Of a stretch of 64,000 bases of DNA, positions 12,296 through 23,974 are shown one piece after another (within the stretch, counting starts at the first letter, position 1; each line of letters begins with the position of its first letter). Under the pieces are notes generated by a model. That model had not been told where the DNA came from. It worked only from the letters and a program-made list of their open reading frames with translations, and did no database searches. Position numbers and translations under genes: made by a program. This DNA comes from Escherichia coli (GTDB lineage: Bacteria > Pseudomonadota > Gammaproteobacteria > Enterobacterales > Enterobacteriaceae), in the NCBI RefSeq assembly GCF_029227855.1, contig NZ_CP074356.1; one strand, given 5' to 3'.

Positions 12296-13044
12296 GTGCC
12301 ATTGAAGTTAAAAACCTGGTGAAAAAATTCCACGGTCAGACGGTGCTGCACGGTATCGACCTTGAGGTGAAGCCTGGCGAAGTGGTGGCAATTATCGGTC
12401 CGAGTGGTTCCGGCAAAACCACGTTGCTACGCAGCATAAATCTGCTGGAACAACCGGAAGCGGGAACCATCACCGTTGGCGATATCACCATTGATACTGC
12501 ACGTTCATTAAGTCAGCAAAAATCGCTGATTCGCCAGTTGCGTCAGCACGTCGGGTTTGTCTTCCAGAACTTTAATTTGTTTCCGCATCGTACGGTGCTG
12601 GAAAACATTATTGAAGGGCCGGTGATCGTCAAAGGCGAACCCAAAGAAGAGGCCACGGCGCGCGCTCGCGAGCTGCTGGCGAAAGTTGGGCTGGCAGGTA
12701 AAGAAACCAGCTATCCACGTCGTTTGTCTGGCGGTCAACAGCAGCGTGTCGCGATTGCGCGAGCGCTGGCTATGCGTCCTGAGGTGATTTTGTTTGACGA
12801 GCCAACGTCGGCGCTGGATCCAGAGCTGGTGGGCGAAGTCCTGAACACCATCCGCCAGCTGGCGCAGGAAAAGCGCACGATGGTGATTGTGACGCACGAA
12901 ATGAGCTTTGCCCGGGATGTTGCGGACCGGGCGATCTTTATGGACCAGGGGCGGATAGTCGAGCAGGGGGCCGCAAAAGCGTTATTTGCCGATCCCGAGC
13001 TGCCTCGCACCCGCCAGTTCCTCGAGAAGTTTCTGCTGCAATAA
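12292..13044 (+). CDS. tcyN: Cystine ABC transporter ATP-binding protein
   Basis: 250-aa ORF with Walker A GPSGSGKTT and signature LSGGQQQRVAIARAL; 4-nt overlap with tcyL. Confidence 0.9.
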   Translation: MSAIEVKNLVKKFHGQTVLHGIDLEVKPGEVVAIIGPSGSGKTTLLRSINLLEQPEAGTITVGDITIDTARSLSQQKSLIRQLRQHVGFVFQNFNLFPHRTVLENIIEGPVIVKGEPKEEATARARELLAKVGLAGKETSYPRRLSGGQQQRVAIARALAMRPEVILFDEPTSALDPELVGEVLNTIRQLAQEKRTMVIVTHEMSFARDVADRAIFMDQGRIVEQGAAKALFADPELPRTRQFLEKFLLQ

Positions 13045-13273
13045 TAAGAAAAAATCAGCCCCGACGATTTACCAGTCGGGGCGGTGCGCCACTTCAAACG
13101 TGATAAAACTGCTTAACAAATCAGCATAACTCATTAATAACATAAGAGAATGCGATGGCTTGCAAAAGTAATTCATTGCCTGAATAATATAAATTATATA
13201 TAAATCTTATTTATGTGATAGTTTGAATTATCATTATAAATGATACTCACTCTCAGGGGCGTTGCGGTTTACT

Positions 13274-13996
13274 ATGCAGGATACGGATTTTTTCAGCTGG
13301 CGTCGCACGATGCTGTTGCGTTTTCAGAGGATGGAGGCCGCAGAAGAGGTCTACCATGAAATAGAGCTTCAGGCTCAGCAGCTGGAGTACGATTACTATT
13401 CGTTATGTGTTCGCCACCCGGTACCATTCACGCGACCTAAAGTGGCTTTCTACACCAATTACCCTGAGGCGTGGGTTAGTTATTATCAGGCAAAAAACTT
13501 TCTCGCAATTGATCCGGTGCTGAATCCTGAAAACTTTAGTCAGGGCCATTTAATGTGGAATGATGACTTATTCAGCGAAGCTCAGCCGTTATGGGAAGCC
13601 GCGCGCGCGCATGGTTTACGCCGCGGTGTCACTCAGTATTTAATGCTGCCAAATCGGGCGCTGGGCTTTTTGTCCTTTTCCCGTTGCAGCACGCGCGAAA
13701 TACCCATTCTTAGTGATGAACTGCAATTAAAAATGCAGTTACTGGTGCGCGAAAGTCTGATGGCTCTAATGCGTTTAAATGATGAAATAGTGATGACGCC
13801 AGAGATGAATTTCAGCAAGCGCGAAAAAGAAATTCTGAAATGGACGGCGGAAGGGAAGACATCAGCAGAGATAGCGATGATTTTGTCAATCTCTGAGAAT
13901 ACGGTCAATTTCCATCAGAAAAACATGCAGAAAAAAATCAATGCACCAAATAAGACCCAGGTGGCCTGTTACGCGGCCGCTACTGGCTTAATTTGA
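13274..13996 (+). CDS. sdiA: LuxR-family quorum-sensing regulator SdiA
   Basis: 240 aa from MQDTDFFSWRR; C-terminal LuxR HTH. Confidence 0.9.
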   Translation: MQDTDFFSWRRTMLLRFQRMEAAEEVYHEIELQAQQLEYDYYSLCVRHPVPFTRPKVAFYTNYPEAWVSYYQAKNFLAIDPVLNPENFSQGHLMWNDDLFSEAQPLWEAARAHGLRRGVTQYLMLPNRALGFLSFSRCSTREIPILSDELQLKMQLLVRESLMALMRLNDEIVMTPEMNFSKREKEILKWTAEGKTSAEIAMILSISENTVNFHQKNMQKKINAPNKTQVACYAAATGLI

Positions 13997-14027
13997 TCGC
14001 TTTTCTTTCTGCGTGCCAGATGCAAAA

Positions 14028-14062
14028 ACCGGCTGAAAGGCACGCTCTCAGCCGGTTTTATA
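14028..14062. terminator. Bidirectional terminator between convergent sdiA and yecF
   Basis: aaaaccggctga-loop-tcagccggtttt hairpin. Confidence 0.5.
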
Positions 14063-14287
14063 TTACTGACGGTAGGCTTGTTTAATTTGCTTAACCGTTT
14101 TGGAAAATACTGCAGCCTGGGTTTCGTCTTCGATCAGCGCAAGCTGTTTTTCCATCTTTAACATCACGCGGCCCGCGTCAGCTTGTCCCATCGCCTGCAG
14201 CATCAGCGTCAGCATCGCTTTCAGGCAGGAGACTTCATTTGCCAGTTCTTGATTATTCTCGGCAGTAGAAAAATCAGGCGTACTCAT
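14063..14287 (-). CDS. yecF: DUF2594 protein YecF
   Basis: 74-aa ORF in conserved position between sdiA and uvrY. Confidence 0.8.
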
Positions 14288-14745
14288 TTATTTTCCTCGT
14301 CATGTTGCAATGAAAATTTGCGGTGAAAAATGTTAAGGCGGCGGAGTATACCATAAGCTTTGCTAAAAATATCAGTGGTTGTTTTTTGAGCGTGATATCG
14401 GCAGTGCTATAAAATACGTTAATATAATGACCAATAAATATTTTTATCATGAATGTTTTTTGCCCGTATTGTTCGGGTTAATTAATGTTACATATTCAGC
14501 GGGCTGATTTTCATTTTTGCTGAATAAAGTCAATTTTTGTCACATTTCATCGTAGGGCTTACTGTGAAACGATCCCGGAAGCCGTTGGTGACGGGCGTGA
14601 CCATAACTGTGGACAATCGAATTGACAAAAACGAGAGAAAAATCGAATACCCACCATTTTTAACGTTTCAAAGTTGCAATAAAAACCGCTAATATACGAA
14701 TGACTAACTATCAGTAGCGTTATCCCTATTTCTGGAGATATTCCT

Positions 14746-15402
14746 TTGATCAACGTTCTACTTGTTGATGACCACGAACTGGTGCGCGCAGGGATACGAC
14801 GCATTCTGGAAGATATAAAGGGTATAAAAGTCGTCGGTGAGGCATCGTGCGGTGAAGACGCCGTTAAATGGTGCCGGGCAAATGCCGTTGACGTGGTGCT
14901 AATGGACATGAGTATGCCGGGCATTGGCGGTCTTGAGGCGACGCGTAAAATCGCGCGTTCCACAGCTGATGTCAAAATCATCATGCTTACCGTCCATACA
15001 GAAAACCCTTTACCAGCGAAAGTCATGCAGGCCGGTGCTGCTGGCTACCTCAGCAAAGGCGCGGCTCCGCAGGAAGTCGTGAGTGCGATCCGTTCTGTCT
15101 ATTCAGGGCAGCGTTACATTGCTTCTGACATCGCTCAACAAATGGCGTTAAGCCAGATCGAACCAGAAAAAACAGAAAGCCCATTTGCCAGTTTGTCTGA
15201 ACGTGAATTGCAGATTATGCTGATGATCACCAAGGGCCAGAAGGTCAATGAGATCTCAGAACAGCTCAATCTCAGTCCGAAAACGGTGAACAGCTACCGC
15301 TATCGTATGTTCAGTAAACTAAACATTCATGGCGATGTTGAGCTGACTCACCTGGCAATTCGCCATGGTCTGTGTAATGCGGAGACATTATCAAGTCAGT
15401 GA
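14746..15402 (+). CDS. uvrY: Response regulator UvrY (BarA partner)
   Basis: 218-aa ORF, TTG start, receiver domain plus LuxR-type HTH. Confidence 0.9.
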
Positions 15403-17231
15403 GTGATCAGTTTGACGCAAAAGCGTTTTTAAAAACCGTAACCAGCCAGCCAGGCGTTTATCGCATGTACGATGCTGGTGGTACGGTTATCTATGTCGGC
15501 AAAGCGAAAGACCTGAAAAAACGGCTTTCCAGCTATTTCCGTAGCAACCTCGCTTCGCGCAAAACCGAAGCGCTGGTCGCCCAGATCCAGCAAATTGATG
15601 TAACGGTTACTCATACAGAAACCGAAGCGCTGTTGCTGGAACACAACTACATCAAACTCTATCAGCCGCGTTACAACGTTTTGCTACGCGATGATAAATC
15701 TTATCCTTTTATCTTCCTGAGTGGCGATACCCATCCGCGTCTGGCGATGCATCGTGGCGCGAAGCATGCCAAAGGTGAATATTTCGGCCCGTTTCCGAAT
15801 GGCTATGCCGTACGTGAAACACTGGCGCTACTGCAAAAGATATTCCCCATTCGCCAGTGCGAAAATAGTGTTTATCGCAATCGCTCGCGTCCGTGTCTGC
15901 AATATCAGATAGGGCGCTGTCTGGGACCGTGCGTTGAAGGACTGGTGAGTGAAGAAGAATACGCTCAGCAGGTCGAGTATGTGCGCCTGTTTTTGTCTGG
16001 CAAAGATGATCAGGTGCTTACGCAACTCATTAGCCGTATGGAAACTGCCAGCCAGAATCTGGAGTTTGAAGAAGCGGCACGTATTCGCGACCAAATTCAG
16101 GCGGTGCGACGCGTCACCGAAAAACAGTTTGTGTCCAATACCGGCGACGACCTTGACGTTATTGGTGTGGCGTTCGATGCGGGCATGGCTTGTGTCCACG
16201 TATTGTTCATTCGTCAGGGTAAAGTGCTCGGCAGCCGCAGCTATTTCCCGAAAGTGCCTGGCGGTACGGAACTGAGCGAGGTGGTGGAAACCTTCGTAGG
16301 TCAGTTCTATTTACAAGGCAGCCAGATGCGCACCTTACCGGGTGAGATCCTGCTCGATTTTAATCTTAGCGATAAAACGCTGCTCGCCGATTCCCTTTCA
16401 GAACTGGCGGGACGCAAGATTAATGTTCAAACTAAACCTCGCGGCGATCGGGCGCGTTATCTGAAACTCGCGCGCACCAATGCGGCGACGGCCTTAACCA
16501 GCAAACTTTCGCAGCAATCTACCGTTCACCAGCGACTGACCGCACTTGCCAGCGTGTTGAAATTGCCGGAAGTGAAGCGGATGGAGTGCTTTGACATCAG
16601 CCATACCATGGGTGAACAAACCGTCGCTTCCTGTGTGGTGTTTGATGCTAACGGCCCGCTGCGTGCGGAGTATCGGCGCTATAACATTACTGGCATTACG
16701 CCGGGCGATGATTATGCGGCGATGAATCAGGTGCTGCGTCGGCGTTATGGTAAAGCCATCGACGACAGTAAGATCCCGGATGTGATCCTTATTGACGGCG
16801 GCAAAGGCCAGCTTGCGCAGGCGAAAAATGTCTTCGCCGAACTGGATGTCTCATGGGATAAAAATCATCCGCTGCTACTTGGCGTTGCCAAAGGAGCAGA
16901 TAGGAAGGCTGGGCTGGAAACGCTGTTCTTTGAGCCGGAAGGTGAGGGATTCAGTTTGCCGCCAGATTCTCCCGCGCTGCATGTTATCCAGCATATTCGC
17001 GACGAATCACACGATCACGCGATTGGTGGGCACCGTAAAAAACGGGCGAAGGTCAAAAATACCAGTTCCCTGGAAACCATTGAAGGCGTCGGGCCAAAAC
17101 GTCGGCAAATGTTGTTGAAATATATGGGCGGTTTGCAAGGTTTACGTAACGCCAGCGTTGAGGAAATTGCAAAAGTGCCGGGTATTTCGCAAGGTCTGGC
17201 AGAAAAGATCTTCTGGTCGTTGAAACATTGA
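15399..17231 (+). CDS. uvrC: Excinuclease ABC subunit C
   Basis: 610-aa ORF; GTG start overlaps the uvrY TGA stop (GTGA); GIY-YIG N-terminus. Confidence 0.9.
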
Positions 17232-17287
17232 TGTCTCTGTAGCAACATAGGGGTAATCTTACTGACAACAGATAGTTACCCGTCATT

Positions 17288-17836
17288 ATGCAATTTAATA
17301 TCCCTACGTTGCTTACACTGTTCCGTGTCATCCTTATCCCATTCTTTGTATTGGTCTTTTATCTGCCTGTCACCTGGTCGCCGTTTGCCGCCGCGCTCAT
17401 TTTCTGCGTCGCGGCGGTGACTGACTGGTTCGATGGTTTTCTGGCACGCCGCTGGAACCAGAGTACCCGGTTTGGTGCTTTCCTTGACCCTGTAGCAGAT
17501 AAAGTTCTCGTGGCTATCGCCATGGTGCTGGTAACCGAGCATTATCACAGCTGGTGGGTGACCTTACCGGCAGCAACGATGATCGCCCGTGAAATTATTA
17601 TTTCTGCGCTACGCGAATGGATGGCGGAGTTGGGTAAACGCAGTAGCGTGGCTGTCTCCTGGATTGGGAAAGTGAAAACCACTGCCCAGATGGTGGCGCT
17701 GGCCTGGCTGCTGTGGCGTCCGAACATTTGGGTTGAGTACGCCGGTATTGCACTTTTCTTTGTGGCTGCGGTACTGACTCTGTGGTCAATGTTGCAATAT
17801 TTGAGCGCTGCGCGTGCAGATTTGCTTGATCAGTGA
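17288..17836 (+). CDS. pgsA: Phosphatidylglycerophosphate synthase
   Basis: 182-aa ORF with CDP-alcohol phosphotransferase motif. Confidence 0.9.
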
Positions 17837-17886
17837 TCGTTTCGGCGCAATTTTCAGCAAACGATCAAAAGTGGTGAAAAATATCG

Positions 17887-17914
17887 TTGACTCATCGCGC
17901 CAGGTAAGTAGAAT
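17887..17914 (+). promoter_or_regulatory. Candidate sigma70 promoter of the glyW-cysT-leuZ tRNA operon
   Basis: TTGACT-N16-TAGAAT about 75 nt upstream of tRNA-Gly. Confidence 0.45.
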
Positions 17915-17987
17915 GCAACGCATCGAACGGCGGCACTGATTGCCAGACGATAATAAAATCAAGTGATTAACTGATTGCTTGATGAAT

Positions 17988-18063
<76 letters not shown>

Positions 18064-18117
18064 GTTTAAAAGGCATCGGCGTCAAGCGGATGTCTGGCTG
18101 AAAGGCCTGAAGAATTT

Positions 18118-18191
18118 GGCGCGTTAACAAAGCGGTTATGTAGCGGATTGCAAATCCGTCTAGTCCGGTTCGACTCCGGAACGCGCCTCCA
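18118..18191 (+). tRNA. cysT: tRNA-Cys (GCA)
   Basis: ggcgcgttaacaaagcggttatgtagcggattgcaaatccgtctagtccggttcgactccggaacgcgcctcca. Confidence 0.92.
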
Positions 18192-18203
18192 CTTTCTTCC
18201 CGA

Positions 18204-18290
18204 GCCCGGATGGTGGAATCGGTAGACACAAGGGATTTAAAATCCCTCGGCGTTCGCGCTGTGCGGGTTCAAGTCCCGCTCCGGGTACCA
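18204..18290 (+). tRNA. leuZ: tRNA-Leu (UAA)
   Basis: 87-nt class II tRNA gcccggatggtggaatcggtagacacaagggatttaaaatccc...ccgggtacca with long variable arm. Confidence 0.92.
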
Positions 18291-18329
18291 TGGGAAAGAT
18301 AAGAATAAAATCAAAGCAATAAGCAGTGT

Positions 18330-18361
18330 CGTGAAACCACCTTCGGGTGGTTTTTTTGTAC
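18330..18361 (+). terminator. Rho-independent terminator of the tRNA operon
   Basis: gaaaccacc-ttcg-ggtggtttttttg. Confidence 0.7.
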
Positions 18362-18485
18362 CTGCAACTTGTCGTTACACCCTCCTTAATTATTAATCAC
18401 CAGCAAAGCCACTCAAAAAGTATCTCTGATACGGACCGGCATGTAAGATAGGTGCTGGCGAGTTGAGAACCACAAGGAAAAGCGT

Positions 18486-19151
18486 ATGAAAACGGGACCG
18501 TTAAACGAAAGTGAGTTGGAATGGCTGGACGATATTCTGACCAAATACAACACTGACCACGCCATCCTTGATGTGGCGGAGCTGGACGGTTTATTGACGG
18601 CGGTGTTGAGTTCTCCGCAAGAGATTGAACCGGCACAGTGGCTGGTTGCCGTGTGGGGTGGGGCTGACTATGTGCCACGCTGGGCGTCAGAGAAAGAGAT
18701 GACGCGCTTTATGAACCTGGCTTTTCAGCATATGGCTGATACCGCAGAGCGTCTGAACGAATTCCCGGAGCAGTTTGAGCCGTTATTCGGCTTGCGAGAA
18801 GTCGATGGCAGCGAGCTGACGATTGTTGAGGAGTGGTGCTTTGGCTATATGCGGGGCGTGGCACTTTCTGACTGGTCAACGTTGCCCGATTCGTTAAAAC
18901 CAGCGCTGGAGGCGATTGCGCTGCACGGTACTGAGGAAAACTTCGAGCGGTTAGAGAAGATGTCGCCAGAAGCGTTTGAAGAGAGCGTAGATGCCATTCG
19001 ACTGGCGGCGCTTGATCTACATGCGTACTGGATGGCGCATCCGCAGGAAAAAGCTGTTCAGCAACCGATCAAAGCAGAAGAGAAACCGGGGCGTAATGAT
19101 CCTTGCCCGTGCGGTAGTGGTAAGAAATTTAAGCAGTGCTGCCTGCATTAA
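18486..19151 (+). CDS. yecA: YecA (UPF0149 domain with C-terminal SEC-C metal-binding motif)
   Basis: 221-aa ORF ending [13 protein letters not shown]. Confidence 0.85.
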   Translation: MKTGPLNESELEWLDDILTKYNTDHAILDVAELDGLLTAVLSSPQEIEPAQWLVAVWGGADYVPRWASEKEMTRFMNLAFQHMADTAERLNEFPEQFEPLFGLREVDGSELTIVEEWCFGYMRGVALSDWSTLPDSLKPALEAIALHGTEENFERLEKMSPEAFEESVDAIRLAALDLHAYWMAHPQEKAVQQPIKAEEKPGRNDPCPCGSGKKFKQCCLH

Positions 19152-19212
19152 GAGATCAAATTGGGTGTCAGCGTTAATTCTGGCACCCAATAAGGAATTT
19201 GAGGCTATCTGA

Positions 19213-20424
19213 TCACCCCACTTCTGGTAACAAGCCTGCCGCAATCAAAAATTGCACGCTAATCACAGCAATACCACAGAGAAACACCACCACCAGCGCC
19301 GGACGACCACCTTTCACCCGGTAACCCGCCTGAGGATTGTGCTTTCTGCTTTGCCAGGTCAACAGCGAAGGGATAATCAATGCCAGTACCGCCAGCGCCA
19401 CACCGGCGTAACCCAGCGCCATCACAAATCCTCGTGGATAAAACAGTGCAAACGCCAACGGCGGCAGAAAGGTAATTGCACCAGTTTGCAATCGTCCACC
19501 AACGGTATTTGAACGCTGAAACAAATCTGCCAGATAATCAAATAAACCTAACGCAACGCCGAGAAATGACGTGGCGAGGGCTAAATCAGCAAATAAATGC
19601 ACCGCCAGCTCAACATGCGGAGAGGCCACCATTTCGCGTAATGCCTGTAACAGCCCGTTTAATCCGGCATGATTAGCCAGCAATCCCATAAAGGTTGTTG
19701 AATCAATGCTGCCAAGCGTCGCCACCTGCCAGAAAATATATGCCACCAGGGGGATCGCACTACCGATTATAAACACCCAGCGTAGCTTACGAATGTTGCC
19801 ATCCATATAGCTGACAATACTCGGCACGCTACCGTGAAAACCAAACGACGTAAAAATCACCGGGATTGCAGATAGTGCGAGCCCCTGTTGCAACGGCAGG
19901 GTTAAAAGATTCACTTTGTGAATATGCGGCAGCAGTAGTACCAGCATTACCACCAGAAAAATAATCTTGGCGCTGAACAGAAAACGGTTAAACAAATCGA
20001 CCAGCGATGTCCCGACACAAACCACGCCACCGGCAACAAAAGTGAACAACAGCACGCCAGCGGTTGCCGACATTGAAATACCTGTCCAGTCGCTGATGCT
20101 GGAGGCCAACAATTCACCGGCACCGCTGATGTATGCCGCAGTTAGAGCATACATTAAGAACATCATACTGAAGCCCGTCAGCCACTGACCGTAGCGTCCC
20201 AGATAGCGTTTTGCCAGCGTGCCCAGGCCGGTATCTGCCGGGACATGCTGGTACACCTCCAGCAGTAATAGCGCCGTGTAGCACATCAACGCCCAAAGCC
20301 CAATCAACAAGATTAACGTGACGCTAAAACCAACACCTGCAGCAGCCAGCGGCATTGCCAGCATGCCTGCGCCAATTGTGGTTCCCGCCACGATAAAAAC
20401 ACTTCCCAGAGTTCTGTTTTTCAC
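19213..20424 (-). CDS. tyrP: Tyrosine-specific permease
   Basis: 403-aa polytopic membrane ORF of the aromatic amino-acid permease family. Confidence 0.9.
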   Translation of the reverse strand: MKNRTLGSVFIVAGTTIGAGMLAMPLAAAGVGFSVTLILLIGLWALMCYTALLLLEVYQHVPADTGLGTLAKRYLGRYGQWLTGFSMMFLMYALTAAYISGAGELLASSISDWTGISMSATAGVLLFTFVAGGVVCVGTSLVDLFNRFLFSAKIIFLVVMLVLLLPHIHKVNLLTLPLQQGLALSAIPVIFTSFGFHGSVPSIVSYMDGNIRKLRWVFIIGSAIPLVAYIFWQVATLGSIDSTTFMGLLANHAGLNGLLQALREMVASPHVELAVHLFADLALATSFLGVALGLFDYLADLFQRSNTVGGRLQTGAITFLPPLAFALFYPRGFVMALGYAGVALAVLALIIPSLLTWQSRKHNPQAGYRVKGGRPALVVVFLCGIAVISVQFLIAAGLLPEVG

Positions 20425-20515
20425 GCTTTCTTCTGTCCTGACGATCTTTATGAGTGATATCTGCGGCGCAGGTTAAGGCATAACGGCTGCTTCGTCAAAC
20501 CGGCGTTACATATGA

Positions 20516-20533
20516 TGTAAATATAAATGTACA
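20516..20533. promoter_or_regulatory. tyrP: TyrR box in the tyrP promoter
   Basis: TGTAAA-tataaa-TGTACA, close to consensus TGTAAA-N6-TTTACA, about 90 nt upstream of tyrP. Confidence 0.55.
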
Positions 20534-20614
20534 ATAAAATGCGTTCAGGCCTGCGCTGGCGCAAAGTCTTGGTAAGCGGCAATCGCTACGCTAGCCTTTT
20601 TTTGAGGAGGAACG

Positions 20615-20854
20615 ATGGACTCTATTCACGGTCATGAAGTGTTAAATATGATGATTGAATCAGGTGAGCAATATACGCATGCCAGTCTGGAAGCTGCGAT
20701 TAAAGCGCGTTTTGGTGAACAGGCACGTTTTCACACCTGCTCGGCAGAAGGGATGACTGCGGGAGAGCTGGTAGCGTTTCTGGCAGCAAAAGGCAAATTT
20801 ATACCTTCGGAAGAAGGTTTTTCGACCGATCAGAGTAAGATTTGCCGTCACTGA
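20615..20854 (+). CDS. yecH: DUF2492 protein YecH
   Basis: 79-aa ORF in conserved position. Confidence 0.75.
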   Translation: MDSIHGHEVLNMMIESGEQYTHASLEAAIKARFGEQARFHTCSAEGMTAGELVAFLAAKGKFIPSEEGFSTDQSKICRH

Positions 20855-20891
20855 TTTGAAACGGCGGCAGTAAACCTGCCGCCGGAGAACA

Positions 20892-21389
20892 TTAGTTTTG
20901 TGTGTCGAGGGTAGAGAGTTCTTTGTCGATAAAATACAGACCTTCGCCGCTTTTGCCTGCCAGGCTTAATTTATCAATAATCGATTTGAACAGTTTCTCT
21001 TCTTCATGCTGCTCAGAAACATACCATTGCAGGAAATTAAATGTTGGGTAGTCCTGATTGGTCATTGCAGCATGAGCCAGTTCGTTAATTTTCTGGGTGA
21101 TTAATTGTTCGTGTTTATAGGTTTCCTGGAATAATTCATCAAGTGAGGAATATTCAGCAAACGGAGATTCAACGGTATTAATACGCGGTAAGTTGCCGGT
21201 ATCAGTCAGATAATCAAACAGACGCTGCATATGCGTCATCTCTTCCTGGGCGTGGCGGCGCAGGAACGCGGCAGCACCTTCGAAGGTATGATAGCTGCAC
21301 CAGGCGCTCATTTGCTGATAAAGCAGTGAAGAGTACAGTTCCAGGTTCATCTGCTCATTAAGTTTTTCAATCATTTCTGGTTTCAGCAT
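20892..21389 (-). CDS. ftnA: Ferritin FtnA
   Basis: 165 aa from [13 protein letters not shown]; ferritin-like four-helix bundle. Confidence 0.9.
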
Positions 21390-21559
21390 GATAGTGCTCC
21401 ACAAAGGTTATATTTGTTGCTGTGGCGTCACTATAATTTGTTATTTTATTATTTGCAAAAGGTAAAATATAAACTTCAATTATTAAAAATACGAATGGGA
21501 ATAAAACGCATTACCGCTATTTATTTAATCAGCGAAGATCCCCTCGCTGATTAAAACAT

Positions 21560-21883
21560 TTAGAGAAAGACAGGGAAGGCGGAATGATGGCACTGATATG
21601 ACAAAGTGAATTCCGTATTCAAACATAAGGAACCCGCAAAGAGGCTACAGTTGCCTACTGGCTGACCAAAGGGGATCGCGTGGGTATAGCCTTCCTGCTG
21701 GCATGCGCGATCGGCGATCCCGCGACTGACATAACGATCGGTATGGGCATGCTGCAAAAAAGCCTGGTCATAAACCAACCGTACAATACCTGTTGCCGCG
21801 TCAACTTCGCTCACATGGGCCTGGCGAGTAACCGTACACCCCGCCAGCGTTATTAATGAAAGAGTCAGAATCAGAAGTCTCAT
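21560..21883 (-). CDS. yecR: Lipoprotein YecR (flagellar regulon member)
   Basis: 107-aa ORF with lipobox LITLAGC. Confidence 0.8.
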   Translation of the reverse strand: MRLLILTLSLITLAGCTVTRQAHVSEVDAATGIVRLVYDQAFLQHAHTDRYVSRGIADRACQQEGYTHAIPFGQPVGNCSLFAGSLCLNTEFTLSYQCHHSAFPVFL

Positions 21884-22144
21884 GGTCCAGCCAGAAGAGT
21901 AAGAGAAAGCACTATTTTACGTGTTACAGCGCTGCGACAATGGCCGAAAAAGACGCCTGGCAGGCGCTATTTCTTGCCATCTGTAGGTGTCAGAAATGGG
22001 GGGCTGCTTTTTGATTATCATTTTTATAACATTAAAGGGGTATTTATGTGATTTGCATCACATAAAGATTGATTTTTGTGATGGTTGTCATATTATAAGT
22101 GCAAAGACAATAACACCTGTATAACAAATGGTCGGAGTGCCGCG

Positions 22145-22231
22145 ATGAAACTGCGCAAAATCCTGAAAAGTATGTTCAATAACTATTGCAAGACGTTCAA
22201 AGACGTACCGCCAGGCAATATGTTCCGATAA
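22145..22231 (+). CDS. azuC: Small membrane protein AzuC (28 aa)
   Basis: atg aaa ctg cgc aaa atc ... ttc cga taa = MKLRKILKSMFNNYCKTFKDVPPGNMFR; followed immediately by a terminator; below ORF-track size cut-off. Confidence 0.8.
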   Translation: MKLRKILKSMFNNYCKTFKDVPPGNMFR

Positions 22232-22232
22232 C

Positions 22233-22260
22233 AAAAAACCTGCTCCGGCAGGTTTTTTTG
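22233..22260 (+). terminator. azuC: Rho-independent terminator of azuC
   Basis: aaaaaacctgc-cgg-caggtttttttg. Confidence 0.7.
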
Positions 22261-22345
22261 TGTCCTGATGACGGTGGATGTGACTATCGCTGAAGATGTG
22301 AAGCCGCTACTATAACGGCTTTCAAAATGCTATCAGGAGTTTACG

Positions 22346-22597
22346 ATGTCCCAGCCGCTGAATGCCGATCAGGAACTGGTTTCTGATGTGGTTGCTTGCC
22401 AGTTGGTTATCAAACAAATTCTCGACGTTCTGGATGTAATCGCGCCCGTTGAAGTTCGCGAAAAAATGTCCAGCCAGCTGAAGAATATCGACTTTACTCA
22501 CCATCCCGCCGCCGCAGACCCGGTCACCATGCGGGCAATCCAAAAAGCCATCGCGCTGATTGAACTCAAGTTTACCCCACAGGGCGAATCCCATTAA
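22346..22597 (+). CDS. yecJ: DUF2766 protein YecJ
   Basis: 83-aa ORF in conserved position between azuC and ftnB. Confidence 0.75.
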   Translation: MSQPLNADQELVSDVVACQLVIKQILDVLDVIAPVEVREKMSSQLKNIDFTHHPAAADPVTMRAIQKAIALIELKFTPQGESH

Positions 22598-22675
22598 AAA
22601 ACCGCTGCTTCAAAAAGATGAGGCAGCGGTTTCTCAAAAACTTCTTCGGCGCAATTGCATTAGCGCCGATGACGA

Positions 22676-23179
22676 TCAATGCAGCTGATGCGACACGACA
22701 TTCAGAACATGTTGGTCGGTCTGCACAGGGCACATACCAGCAAGTTTCGCACTGCGCACTTCATCAAGAATGGTTTGCAGCAACAGGCCATCATGCTGCT
22801 GTTCTTTTTCCAGATCGCGCAGGAAATTGACGGTTGAATCATCATTCAGTTCTTTCGCTTCATCGGCTAACTGTGCCAGCGTGCTTGAACGTTGCTCGTA
22901 TTCTTCCATCGTTTTTTGGAAAAGTTCTTCCAGTGAGTTCAGTTTTTCACCGGGAACATCAATGGCTTTAACGATGGGAGTAGCGCCGACACTCTTCATA
23001 AAGTTAAACATGCGCATCATTTGGGTCACGTTACTCTGTGCCTGGGCGCGAAGGAAAGTGGCGGTGCCGTTCAGACTCTGTTCAGAACACCAGTTACTCA
23101 GGTGAAGGTAGAGATTGGATGCGTAAAACTCGCGGTTCATTTGAGAGTTGAGTTTGAGAAGCATTCCAGCGGTTGCCAT
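22676..23179 (-). CDS. ftnB: Ferritin-like protein FtnB
   Basis: 167-aa ferritin-family ORF. Confidence 0.85.
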   Translation of the reverse strand: MATAGMLLKLNSQMNREFYASNLYLHLSNWCSEQSLNGTATFLRAQAQSNVTQMMRMFNFMKSVGATPIVKAIDVPGEKLNSLEELFQKTMEEYEQRSSTLAQLADEAKELNDDSTVNFLRDLEKEQQHDGLLLQTILDEVRSAKLAGMCPVQTDQHVLNVVSHQLH

Positions 23180-23699
23180 ACCTAATATCCTTATATCCAG
23201 AAGTGGAGAGGTGCAAGATAAATCAAAACACCATAATTACTGTTTGCAGAATAATTCCTTTCTGCCGGTCCGAAATGTGATCGTGGAGTCAATTCTGACG
23301 ATGATCTGAAATAAGAATAACGTCTGAATGGGTATAAGAAAATGCTTAAATCATCAAGTTTATATATTTTTACATTTCATTGATGAAATCAATGTAACTG
23401 CAATGAATTTTAATGATAGTGCTTTTTGTATCTTGTTGATATTAATCGGTGAATTTGAATTCATGATGAAGCAATGATTTTTTAAAACGTTTTTTCATTT
23501 TTGCGATATGGCTCTCAGTATACGTGTTCTGTTAATTAATGAACACAGTGATAATTAATGGCGAAATGAATGACGCGCTTTTTCCACATCTTTGAGTTGC
23601 GGTTATTACACCATTTCAAAAACTCAACGCCAGGTAATGTGGCCTATTGACTGGTTAAAAAAAAGACATCCCGCTGGGTACTAAAGACAACAAGGATTT

Positions 23700-23770
23700 C
23701 CAGGCTAATCTTATGGATTAATCTGCTGTGCACTAGACAATTTGTCAGACAAATTGGCTTTTCCTTATGT
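23700..23770 (+). promoter_or_regulatory. araF: araFGH control region (AraC half-site-like TATGGAT and promoter)
   Basis: AT-rich 795-bp intergenic region; cttatggattaatc resembles an AraC half-site; exact sites not resolved. Confidence 0.35.
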
Positions 23771-23974
23771 CTTTTCCCGCTAAATTTATGCACGTTCTCA
23801 CTGTAATTCTGCGATGTGATATTGCTCTCCTATGGAGAATTAATTTCTCGCTAAAACTATGTCAACACGGTCACTTATCTTTTAGTTAAAAGGTAATGCT
23901 TTGTTTTCCGATTAATTTAACGAAAGTCATTCGTTTTTGCCCTACACAAAACGACACTAAAGCTGGAGAGAACC

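Noticed and set aside
14559-15026. 155-aa minus-strand ORF across the uvrY start
   Set aside because: It overlaps the well-supported uvrY receiver domain and promoter, and the protein is low-complexity with no motif.
22322-22594. 90-aa minus-strand ORF overlapping yecJ
   Set aside because: It is fully antisense to yecJ with no independent expression signals.
23180-23974. Short ORFs (for example a 13-codon MLKSSSLYIFTFH) in the large ftnB-araF intergenic region
   Set aside because: No convincing SD or conservation evidence is available from sequence alone; the region is better explained as araFGH regulatory DNA.
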